64,000 nt of DNA from an uncultured Thermoprotei archaeon (GTDB lineage Archaea > Thermoproteota > Thermoprotei > Thermofilales > B15-G2). Both the position numbers and the translations under genes were made by a program. Below, piece by piece: positions 30,453-39,536 of the stretch (positions are counted from its first letter, which is position 1; each line of letters starts with the position of its first letter). The notes below the pieces were generated by a model. That model was not told the DNA's origin, did no database searches, and saw nothing but the letters and a program-made list of their open reading frames with translations. The DNA lies in assembly GCA_965367815.1 (NCBI GenBank), contig CBDUKN010000001.1, positions 1-64,000 on the forward strand. The letters are read 5' to 3'.

Positions 30453-30511
30453 GCCGCTGGAAGGGAGGGAGAGGCGGGCGCGAGTCCCCTCAACTCCCTG
30501 ACAGTGAGCGC
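30453..30511. ncRNA. Candidate structured small RNA (GC-rich long hairpin)
   Basis: CGCTG/CAGTG, tandem GA/GA, AGGGAG/CTCCCT, GAGG/CCTC, GGGC-GCGA-GTCC (GNRA loop). GC-rich island in AT-rich intergenic DNA, with TATA-like boxes on both sides. Confidence 0.55.
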
Positions 30512-30566
30512 AATATTATTTATCCAAACTTACGCTTATATATTTTATGGAAAGAAAATCTATACA

Positions 30567-31850
30567 TTATTTATATAGTTTGACTATGAAGAAACCCTGG
30601 GTTCCATGTTTATGTGGATACAGTCTTAGAGCACTTGGCAGATCAATTCCTGAATCTCCTATTTTATGTTCAAGCTCCATGAAATCCATGTCGTACTTCT
30701 CGGCAATAGCTTTAACATTTTGCTCATTTTCTTCAAGAGTAAGAGTACAGGTAGAATAAACTATCTCTCCATTTTTCTTAACTAGTTTAGCTGCTTCTTC
30801 AAGAATTGCCCTTTGCAGTAAAGAATATTTTTCGACGTGTTCCTGCTTTATCCAAAGCCTTATTTCCGGACTATGTCCTAGTTTGCCCAAAGCAGAGCAA
30901 TCCGGATCTACTAGTACTTTGTCTGCTTTCCTCAGCGGAGGAATTTTTGCGTCGGAAATACATAAATCTAAAAAATGATAAGCAGATAGATTTTTAGATA
31001 ATTTTTTCTCTGAGAAAATTCTTCTAAAAGATATATCTAATCCTACAACATAGGCTTTTGATAACTGCACTATATGAGTAGCTTTTCCTCCTGGAGCAGA
31101 ACATAAGTCCACAACTACTTCTCCTTTCCTTGCTTTAATTTCGTGAGCTACCAGTGCTGAGGCTTTATCCTGAATATAGAATAATCCTTGATAATACTCT
31201 GGAATATTGGGTAGTCTATTTGATCCCTTGATAACCTTCAATATATCATTTAAATCATTATCTTCTTCCAGAATAACTCCTCTTTTCATTAATTTATTTT
31301 TTAGTTCTTTTACATTAATTTTAAGTGTATTAACTCTAATCCAAAGAACTGAAGGCTTATTAAATATATCGAGAAGCTCTACCAGTTCTTCCTCTTTAAG
31401 TATTTTACTCAAGTATTCTACAACCCATGTTGGCTGAGAATATTTTACGGCGAGTTTCTCTAAAGGAGGTAAAGTCTTTAAGTACTCACTTAAATCAGCG
31501 CTTCTAAGTTTTCTTACTTCACTAAGAGATACTTCTATTCCAGCTCTCCTTAATCCTCTAGCAATCTTTCTCAACGATATATCTCGGTACCTAGCTTCAT
31601 AAGTAAATGCCCGTATAAGATTTCTATCATAAGCACTGATTTCTTCAGGCGAAACACTCAATTCGTACTCGGCTATTAAGTCAAGTTCCCTGTACCTTCG
31701 TAAAACTGCTAAAGAGAATGCTGTAACAACACTCCTTAGCTGAGCTAAGTTAGGGTATTTTCTAAAGAAGTCGTCGATAACCCCTCTTAGCGAGAGCTGA
31801 AAATCTTCTACTCTAGCTAAAACTGATGCCACTATTTCTTCAATTAACAT
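30567..31850 (-). CDS. RsmB/NOP (Fmu) family RNA m5C methyltransferase
   Basis: IRVNTLK, YIQDKAS, DLCSAPGGKATH, DPDCS, YSTCT..EENE, GFFI. Confidence 0.92.
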   Translation of the reverse strand: MLIEEIVASVLARVEDFQLSLRGVIDDFFRKYPNLAQLRSVVTAFSLAVLRRYRELDLIAEYELSVSPEEISAYDRNLIRAFTYEARYRDISLRKIARGLRRAGIEVSLSEVRKLRSADLSEYLKTLPPLEKLAVKYSQPTWVVEYLSKILKEEELVELLDIFNKPSVLWIRVNTLKINVKELKNKLMKRGVILEEDNDLNDILKVIKGSNRLPNIPEYYQGLFYIQDKASALVAHEIKARKGEVVVDLCSAPGGKATHIVQLSKAYVVGLDISFRRIFSEKKLSKNLSAYHFLDLCISDAKIPPLRKADKVLVDPDCSALGKLGHSPEIRLWIKQEHVEKYSLLQRAILEEAAKLVKKNGEIVYSTCTLTLEENEQNVKAIAEKYDMDFMELEHKIGDSGIDLPSALRLYPHKHGTQGFFIVKLYK

Positions 31851-31937
31851 AGCTACAATATTACTATTTTTCGTACATTTAATTTTCTTCATAAGTCCAA
31901 TAAAGCTAAGTTTATACAGACAAGATACTTCGCGTAA

Positions 31938-32429
31938 GTGAAATTTAGAGTAGTCATTTTCGACTTAGACAGTACAATATGGGACCATGAGGTATTTCCG
32001 CCTTATCTCCACCGTTCAGAGTAATTTCAAAAGATATTATTGAAGACTCTAAGGCATTCGAGTAAAATTATATCCTTATGTTAGAGACGCCCTAAAGGAA
32101 CTTAAGTCTTTAGGCCTTATTCTAGCAATAGCTAGCTGGAACAAAGAAAATATCACACTAGAAGCTCTTGAAGCCTTTAACTTAATTGATTTTCTTTGAT
32201 TACTACTGTATCGAATACCGCTCTGTGAAGAGAAAATAAATAAGAAAATCTTAGGAAAAATGAATATTGAAATATAAAATATCTTCTATTCAAATAATAT
32301 ATATTGATGGCAGAAATATTCACTTTTCAGAATATTGTTAGAGAAATTGGTAATGTGTATTTTATACATATGTTGAAGAATGTGAAAAATTATAAAGAGC
32401 TACTGAAACTAATAATGACAATAATTTAA
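31938..32429 (+). pseudogene. Magnesium-dependent phosphatase-1 (HAD) pseudogene
   Basis: Fragments in shifting frames: VKFRVVIFDLDSTIWDH / ISALSPPFRVISKDIIEDSK / IRVKLYPYVRDALKELKSLGLILAIASWN / ..IDGRNIH; several frameshifts and stops. Confidence 0.8.
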
Positions 32430-32726
32430 GTATCTTTAAGTAAAATCTATATGCTGCAGCTATTTCAATTAAACGACTATAGTATACTTATTTAATGCAT
32501 TTATCTCATACTGATACTATTTATTTTAGGCAAAATTGCTGTGAAACTTATTTATCAACTAAAATTAGTATATTAAATAATATGAGATATATTCTAATAC
32601 TTTACATTAGATAGAATCAATAAATCTATTTTTATTTTATTCTTTAAATTTTTATCCTATATTTAAATAAATGATGATAGAAAAAGTTAAATACTCGACT
32701 TACTACGGCATACGGCTGCGAGTTGT

Positions 32727-34286
32727 ATGAAGAAGAATATTTTAATAAAGAAAAGCAAAAGATTCAAGCCTAGGAAAAAGTTTTACTTCTTTCTACTAGG
32801 GCTGAGTCTAATATACACTACCAGCTTACTGACTTTATACAATGCTCTTCACATTAATTACGTTCTGTCTCTATCGCATCTCTTTCTTTTCGTTCACATA
32901 ATATGGTTCATCATAGTACTCAACATAGCAGTCAATATGATAAGATTATACAGATATAAACCCCTTAATTGCAAAAACTCTACTTTAAAAGAATATCCTA
33001 CAGTCTCCTTAGTGACTATAGCCTATAATGAGCCTGAAGAAGTATCAGATTTATTTGTAGAAGCCGTCGCTAAAATAGACTATCCTAGAGACAAGTTAGA
33101 AGTAATAATTGTGGAAGACTTAAAGGATAGCGCTCCATCAAATGCTAATTCTTTTAATCGATTAAAAGAAAAGAATTTCGATGTAACCTATATAACGAGA
33201 AATAATAGAGACGGATTCAGAGGCGGGGCCCTTAACACTGCTTTGAAGAATATAAAATCAAAGTATGTTATTGTCTTAGACATAGACCACTTGCCCCTGC
33301 CTAATTTAATTAAAAAGCTTGTAGGCTATGTTGAAGCGAACCCTAAGTACGATGTAATAATGTTTCCTCAAAAATTCCGCAATAAGGGAGACAATGCTAT
33401 AACTTTAGCAGCTAACTTAGGCTATGAGCTAGACTACGGTGTCTTGAGAAAAGGATCCAGCACTCTTAATTCAGCTTTCTGTGTGGGGTCAAACTGGATT
33501 GGACGTACTGAAAAAATAGTTGAAGCTGGAGGATTCGATGAAACAACAATAGTCGAAGATTTAGCTACTAGTCTGAAAAAGTGGCATCCTAAAGGGCTTA
33601 AAATAGCAATGGTAGAAGATACTCTTGCTTACGGCTTAGTGCCAGATAAGTTAGAGTCGCTTAGAAAGCAGCAGCACCGCTGGGCTAAGGGCTCATTTGA
33701 TTTATTTAAAGACTTCATAAAAATGTTTGATAAACTCACTTGGACTCAAAGATTCAGTTACTTCTTCTCGATTATATGGTATCTTGTAGGTTTTGCTTCT
33801 ATTATTTCACAGCTCTTTCCGCTAGCCACACTTCTGGGATTCAATTTCTTAGTTGTAACTGATGTCATTGAGTATCTCGTCATAGTAGTTAACTTAACGT
33901 TTCTTCAGGTATTACTATTTGCTTTTCCACTTACTTTGCTAGGCTACGACATATTTTCGGCTTTCAAAGGACAGGCTATAGGGCTTCTTGTAGCTGAAAG
34001 TTATACTAACGCCCTCTTCTCTTCTATTTTAGGGAGAAAAATATCATTTGAAGTGACTAGTAAGATAAGAGAGAAAGAAAAGTTTCACAAGCTACTGTGG
34101 GAAAGTAAGCTACCGCTTTTTCTTGCCTTAATAAACTCGTTTGTTCTTGTCTATGGTTTGTTCAAATGGACCCCGCTTTTAATAATTACAGCCTTTTGGG
34201 CAGCTTACAATCTTGCATGGACTCTTACAGCGCTTTACTGTGCCGGAACAGTGGTTTTGACAGAAAGCAGCAAAGAAGCATTTTAG
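32727..34286 (+). CDS. Processive GT2 glycosyltransferase, cellulose-synthase (BcsA)-like
   Basis: AYNE, D, GFRGGALN, DID, PQ, IVED, QQHRW motifs; 2 N-terminal and several C-terminal TM helices; FEVTSK. Confidence 0.88.
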   Translation: MKKNILIKKSKRFKPRKKFYFFLLGLSLIYTTSLLTLYNALHINYVLSLSHLFLFVHIIWFIIVLNIAVNMIRLYRYKPLNCKNSTLKEYPTVSLVTIAYNEPEEVSDLFVEAVAKIDYPRDKLEVIIVEDLKDSAPSNANSFNRLKEKNFDVTYITRNNRDGFRGGALNTALKNIKSKYVIVLDIDHLPLPNLIKKLVGYVEANPKYDVIMFPQKFRNKGDNAITLAANLGYELDYGVLRKGSSTLNSAFCVGSNWIGRTEKIVEAGGFDETTIVEDLATSLKKWHPKGLKIAMVEDTLAYGLVPDKLESLRKQQHRWAKGSFDLFKDFIKMFDKLTWTQRFSYFFSIIWYLVGFASIISQLFPLATLLGFNFLVVTDVIEYLVIVVNLTFLQVLLFAFPLTLLGYDIFSAFKGQAIGLLVAESYTNALFSSILGRKISFEVTSKIREKEKFHKLLWESKLPLFLALINSFVLVYGLFKWTPLLIITAFWAAYNLAWTLTALYCAGTVVLTESSKEAF

Positions 34287-34333
34287 CGTATCGAAAAACT
34301 TAATCATATATTTTATTTATTTTAAAATATTTT

Positions 34334-36526
34334 GTGAATAGAGTGGTTGACAAAAAGTATGATATTATTGTTGTAGGAGGAGGACTTGCAGGTGTATGCG
34401 CGGCAATTGCGGCATCAAGGCTGGGTGCTAAAACAGCACTAATACAAGATAGACCTGTTCTCGGAGGTAATTCTAGTTCTGAAATAAGAGTTCCTGTAGG
34501 CGGCGCAGACTATGGTGGAGCTTATAGGTATTCGCGAGAAACAGGCATTATAGACGAGCTACTTACAGAAAATGCTAAACGAAATCCGACAAACTGTAGG
34601 TCTATATGGGATCATATTCTCTGGGAAGCGTGTAAACGCGAACCAAACTTAGACCTCTACTTGAACACAGTAGGCAAAAGTCCTTACGTAGAAAACGGCT
34701 TCATTAAGTGGATTATCGGAGAGCAAATAACGACAGAGAAGATTTTCCGCTTTCATGCCTTCATCTTTATTGACGCAAGCGGAGATGGAAGAGTAGCGTA
34801 TGAAGCTGGTGCAGAGTACCGTAAAGGCCGTGAAGGAAGAAATGAGTTTAATGAGTCAATGGCTCCACCGAAACCAGACAACTATACTATGGGAAACACA
34901 ATAACATTTCTTCTAAAAGACGTAGGCAAACCTGTTCCTTTTGAAGCACCCGGCTGGGCTTACAAATTTCTCTCAGACAAAGACTTACTCTATAGACCTC
35001 ATGTACACTTCTATCGAAACGAAACTTTCTGGTGGATTGAATATGGTGGAACTAAAGACACTATAGCAGACGCCGAAGAAATACGCGACGAGCTAATCAA
35101 GATAGTTTACGGTGTAATAGACCATATTAAAAACAGAGGAGATCACGGAGCCGAAACATATGCAGTCGACTGGATAGGCGTAATACCAGGGAAAAGAGAA
35201 TCTAGAAGGTTTATAGGAGATTATATTCTGACGCAAAATGACGTTGTCTCACTTAAGCGTTTTCCGGATGCTATAGCTTATACAGGGTGGCCGATAGATA
35301 TTCACCCGCCAGAAGGCATTTGGAGTAAAGACCCGCCTGCCTTAATACTGCACTTAATGGGGCGGCCTACAGTACCCTTCCGGTGTATCTACTCAAAGAA
35401 CATTAAGAACCTGCTATTTGCTGGGAGGAACATTAGTGTAACACATGTAGCTTTAGGGACAACTAGACTCATGGCTACGTGTGCTATCATAGGGCAGGCT
35501 GCTGGAACTGCAGCTTATCTCTGCGTAAAATACAGAATTACGCCGAGAGAACTTTACCGGAAATATATCAAGGAGCTTCAACAACTTCTCCTGAAACAAG
35601 ACTGCTATATCCCTGGAGTCAAAAACGAAGATGAAAAAGATCTAGCTCTGAAAGCTAAAGTAAGAGCTTCCTCTCAAGCAACATTGTCTCCTCCCGAGAA
35701 GCTAGAAGAATACAAGCCGCTTGATAGAATTAGAGCGCAGTCATTTGTATTCTCAGAGAACTTCCTCGAAGTAGTCTACGTGCTCTTAAAGAATAACGCC
35801 TCTACGCCTAAGTTCATAGCGGCGCACTTAAGGAAAGGAGAATTTATAGATGATTTTAGAAGCAAGGAAGACATAAAATTGGTTAAAGTAGAAGTGCCTC
35901 CCGGCGAAAACTGGATTGAACTACCTTTTGAAGCAGAATTAGAGGCAAATAATCCTTATTGGATAATGCTCGAGCCATGTGAGTTAGTAAGCTGGGCTTT
36001 TAGCAGCGAAGAACCTTTAGGAACTCAGGCTGGAGCATGGGACAGATTAAACAACTTTGATCCCCCTATCTACGCTATAAAGCGGCACCGAGGAACATAC
36101 TTGTTTAAATTGAAGCCAGAGAGCCGTCCTTATGGACCAGAGCAAGTTATTTCAGGTCAAACTAGACCCGAAAAAGCGACAAATATATGGATAAGCGATC
36201 CCTCCAAGGGCTTTCCTCAGTGGATAGAGCTCTCATGGAGCCAGCTAGTAGAGTTTAACACAGTGTACTTGACTTTTGACAATAATCTCGATAGGCCGCT
36301 GTGGGGCTACTACGGTATTGCTCCTGAGCTAGTCAAAGACTACAGAATTCTCATTAGAGATAAGAGTGGAGGTTGGAGAGAAGTAATCCATGTAAAAAAC
36401 AATTATAAGAGAAGAAGAGTGCACAGATTTAGTAAAGTAAAAGCAACGGCTCTTCGTCTTGAAGTTCTTTCAACTAACGGCGATAAATCAGCCAGAGTAT
36501 ATGAGATACGAATATACAACGAATAA
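34334..36526 (+). CDS. FAD-dependent oxidoreductase with C-terminal discoidin/carbohydrate-binding-like domain
   Basis: VVGGGLAG, DRPVLGGNSSSE, DASGDG, GKRESRR, AGRNISVTHVALGTTR; C-terminal PQWIEL...ARVYEIRIY. Confidence 0.88.
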   Translation: MNRVVDKKYDIIVVGGGLAGVCAAIAASRLGAKTALIQDRPVLGGNSSSEIRVPVGGADYGGAYRYSRETGIIDELLTENAKRNPTNCRSIWDHILWEACKREPNLDLYLNTVGKSPYVENGFIKWIIGEQITTEKIFRFHAFIFIDASGDGRVAYEAGAEYRKGREGRNEFNESMAPPKPDNYTMGNTITFLLKDVGKPVPFEAPGWAYKFLSDKDLLYRPHVHFYRNETFWWIEYGGTKDTIADAEEIRDELIKIVYGVIDHIKNRGDHGAETYAVDWIGVIPGKRESRRFIGDYILTQNDVVSLKRFPDAIAYTGWPIDIHPPEGIWSKDPPALILHLMGRPTVPFRCIYSKNIKNLLFAGRNISVTHVALGTTRLMATCAIIGQAAGTAAYLCVKYRITPRELYRKYIKELQQLLLKQDCYIPGVKNEDEKDLALKAKVRASSQATLSPPEKLEEYKPLDRIRAQSFVFSENFLEVVYVLLKNNASTPKFIAAHLRKGEFIDDFRSKEDIKLVKVEVPPGENWIELPFEAELEANNPYWIMLEPCELVSWAFSSEEPLGTQAGAWDRLNNFDPPIYAIKRHRGTYLFKLKPESRPYGPEQVISGQTRPEKATNIWISDPSKGFPQWIELSWSQLVEFNTVYLTFDNNLDRPLWGYYGIAPELVKDYRILIRDKSGGWREVIHVKNNYKRRRVHRFSKVKATALRLEVLSTNGDKSARVYEIRIYNE

Positions 36527-36808
36527 TAAAGTTTTCAATAAAATGAAAGTTTTATAAAACTCTCGTAGCTTAAAATTCTACAAACAATGTCTTTCTAAAT
36601 CGACTTTACTAGAAAATAAAAATAGTAAAAGTAATTATTTAAATCGCTTCATTAAAGTTTCTGAAAACAATGTCTAAAGAACGATATTTTTACATTTTAC
36701 TAGACAATTAACTTATTATTATTGATTTACTTTAATTACTGGAAAAGCTGAAGATGGTCTATTTCTTGCTCAGGTAAGAGAGAGTTTATTTTTAACTAGT
36801 ATTTTACT

Positions 36809-37993
36809 ATGTCAAGGAGGGTAAAGTTGAGTCTGAGGAAATATTGTCCTCTGGTTAGAATTGGGGGTGAAGCTGAGCTGGTAGTGGAGCATGATGGAGA
36901 GAAGCCTATTAAAGCATATTTTGTGACTCACGCGCCTGTCAGAGGATTCGAGAAAATGCTTGAAGGAAAGAACCCTCTTTTTGTTGTCGAGGCTGCGATG
37001 AGGATTTGTGGTATATGTCATGCTGCTCACGCTATAGCTGCGTGTGAGGCAATAGAGCATGCTGTTGGAATAATGCCCCCGCGAGACGGCCTTTTATTGA
37101 GAGAAGCTATAGGGCTTGTTAATAGAGCTCAAAGTCATATACTTCAAGAAGTAATGGTGCTTCCCGATATGCTTAAAAAACCTGTAAGAGAGAAGATTTA
37201 TCAAAAACTAGTTAGGCTCTTTAATGATGTATGTTCTCTCTTGCTCAAAATAGGCGGTTCTTCTACACATCCTTCTTTTCTAACTATTGGAGGTATTCTT
37301 AAAAAGCCTGCCGAAGCATCCTTTAACGAAGCAAGGAACTTAATTAAATGTATCATTAAAGATTATTTTGAAGTAAAAGAGATCCTATTAGATGAGTCTA
37401 ACTGGACCAAATTGTTTACTAGTTTAAATGAAATCGATGTAAACGTAGATAAGCTTGCTTCACACTTCTTCTATGGAGACCGATATAATATAGATGTAAA
37501 AGGTATAACTACTGTAAGACAAGCTGGAAGCGATGTTTATAGAGAATCCACATCAAATATAGCTTTCTATAAAGGGAAAGTTGTAGAAGTAGGTCCTAGA
37601 GCAAGATTAGAGACATACTTCCTAAAGAAGATGAAGGGATTAGCTGGCATACAAAAAGCTAGAATTATCGAAACAGATCTTGTTTTAAAGAGAGTAGAGG
37701 AGATATTAAGTGAAGTGGATATTTCGGCTCCCTTAAGAGCTAGAGAGCTTGTTTTTGGTAAAGGATTAGGTATAGGAGTATATGAGGCTCCTCGAGGCGT
37801 GCTTGTGCATAAAGTCGAGCTTAATGAAGAGGGCAGGGTGAGGAAGTACGAAATAGTTACTCCGACTATGTTTAATATCCCGGTTATGGAGAAAGCAGCT
37901 ACTCTGATCTCTCTAGATGCTGTTGAAATTATTCCACGTATTTTTGATCCATGTATACCTTGTTCAACGCACCTGGTTAAGGTGAGAAAATGA
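36809..37993 (+). CDS. Group 3 [NiFe]-hydrogenase large subunit (FrhA-like)
   Basis: RGFE, RICGICH (L1), EAPRG, DPCIPCSTH (L2). Confidence 0.9.
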   Translation: MSRRVKLSLRKYCPLVRIGGEAELVVEHDGEKPIKAYFVTHAPVRGFEKMLEGKNPLFVVEAAMRICGICHAAHAIAACEAIEHAVGIMPPRDGLLLREAIGLVNRAQSHILQEVMVLPDMLKKPVREKIYQKLVRLFNDVCSLLLKIGGSSTHPSFLTIGGILKKPAEASFNEARNLIKCIIKDYFEVKEILLDESNWTKLFTSLNEIDVNVDKLASHFFYGDRYNIDVKGITTVRQAGSDVYRESTSNIAFYKGKVVEVGPRARLETYFLKKMKGLAGIQKARIIETDLVLKRVEEILSEVDISAPLRARELVFGKGLGIGVYEAPRGVLVHKVELNEEGRVRKYEIVTPTMFNIPVMEKAATLISLDAVEIIPRIFDPCIPCSTHLVKVRK

Positions 37994-38679
37994 TAGTGCT
38001 TCATGTCGATATTGGGGGCTGCGAAGGATGTTCAATAAGCATTTTTAGAGCTTCATCCATGCTTAAAGACGTAGAGATAATTAATAAATGTACAGCAGAA
38101 AGGGAAGTAGACTTAAGCAGAAACTATGAAATAGTATTTGTAACAGGGTCTGTTTGTATCAATGATGAGGACGTAGTGGAAAAGCTGAAGTTAGTTAGGA
38201 AGAACTGTAAAGTGTTAATAGCTTTTGGGTCCTGTGCGAGCGTCGGAGGTATAACGAGGTTCTGTAGAGGTGGGCAGGAGCCGAAGCCAGAGCACAGGAC
38301 ATTTCTTCCCTTAAACACAGTAGTAAAAGTAGATTACGCTATTCCAGGATGTCCTCCTCCGCCACAACTAGTTAGAATGTTTTTGACGCTTTATAAAAGA
38401 AACATGTTGCAGCAGCTAGCCGTATTCAAGGCCTTGAGTACTATAAAGAAGTTGAGCGGGTTCGATTTATTAGACGATGTAGTGCTCACAGGGCTTTGTA
38501 TAGGGTGTGGCGTCTGTGAACTTTCGTGTCCGACGGGAGCAATAGAGCTGCTGGGAGGTAGACCAGACTTAATTGTAGAAAAGTGCATTAGATGCGGTAC
38601 ATGCTATGTGCGTTGCCCGCAGGGGTCTAAATTACTGTTTAGGTCTCTAGAAGCTAATGTAAATAAGCATAAAGTTTAA
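37990..38679 (+). CDS. [NiFe]-hydrogenase small subunit with 2[4Fe-4S] ferredoxin domain (FrhG-like)
   Basis: CEGC, GSCA, PGCPP, CIGCGVC..CP, CIRCGTC..CP. Confidence 0.9.
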   Translation: MIVLHVDIGGCEGCSISIFRASSMLKDVEIINKCTAEREVDLSRNYEIVFVTGSVCINDEDVVEKLKLVRKNCKVLIAFGSCASVGGITRFCRGGQEPKPEHRTFLPLNTVVKVDYAIPGCPPPPQLVRMFLTLYKRNMLQQLAVFKALSTIKKLSGFDLLDDVVLTGLCIGCGVCELSCPTGAIELLGGRPDLIVEKCIRCGTCYVRCPQGSKLLFRSLEANVNKHKV

Positions 38680-38696
38680 TTTAAAGTGGTGAGCAC

Positions 38697-39536
38697 GTGA
38701 GCTTTATACCAATTACACCTGAAAACCCTATTGGAAATGTGCGTAAAGTCTACTTAGCTCAGTCTATAGACGAACGTATAAGAAAAATGCGAGCAGGAAG
38801 CGGTGGTGCAGTAACCTCTATTCTATGCTATTTGGTTGAAAAGGGTCTAAGCGATGGAGTAGTAGTCGCTAAAAGAACTAAGGGCTTTGAAGGAGAAGCT
38901 ATAGTAGCTCATACTAGAGAAGAAATACTGAAGGCTGCGGGAAGCCGATGGAATATAGTTCCTTTCACAACTAGATTGAAAAGGACTATAGAAGAGAAGG
39001 GATTGAAGAGAGTAGCTATAGTAGGGCTTCCTTGCCAAGCACAGTTCTTGGGTCAAATGCGGTACCTTCCTCTCCTCGAAACAGATTTCGGGGAAAGAAT
39101 TTTTCTTATAGTAAGTCTATTCTGTATAGGAACTTTCGCTCACGAAGTATTCTTAAGTTTTCTTTACAGTAGATACGGAGTTAAAGCTAGTCAAATAAAG
39201 GACCTCAAACTAGTAGACAGCAAGTTTATAGTAGTTTTAGAGGAAGGAGAACTTGAAGTAGAGCTAAGAGAGGCTTTAGCATACTTACAGTCAGGCTGTT
39301 TGCTCTGTACAGATTACACAGGAGTACTTGCAGATATTTCAGCAGGGTCTGCGTCACAGTTTCCCGGATTTACTCTACTTTTAGTAAGAAGTGCTATTGG
39401 AGAGAAAGTTGTAGAAGAAGCTGTAAGCGAGAACTATATAATGGTGAGAGAGGAACCAGAAGTTCTGGCAGAGGTCAAGAAAAAGGCACTAGAAAAAATT
39501 ATGAGAGCAAGCAAGTACGCTACGCAACTACTTTAA
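38697..39536 (+). CDS. Coenzyme F420 hydrogenase beta subunit family (FrhB-like)
   Basis: SGGAVT, AAGS, VGLPCQ, LFC, GCLLCTD, ADISAG. Confidence 0.9.
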   Translation: MSFIPITPENPIGNVRKVYLAQSIDERIRKMRAGSGGAVTSILCYLVEKGLSDGVVVAKRTKGFEGEAIVAHTREEILKAAGSRWNIVPFTTRLKRTIEEKGLKRVAIVGLPCQAQFLGQMRYLPLLETDFGERIFLIVSLFCIGTFAHEVFLSFLYSRYGVKASQIKDLKLVDSKFIVVLEEGELEVELREALAYLQSGCLLCTDYTGVLADISAGSASQFPGFTLLLVRSAIGEKVVEEAVSENYIMVREEPEVLAEVKKKALEKIMRASKYATQLL

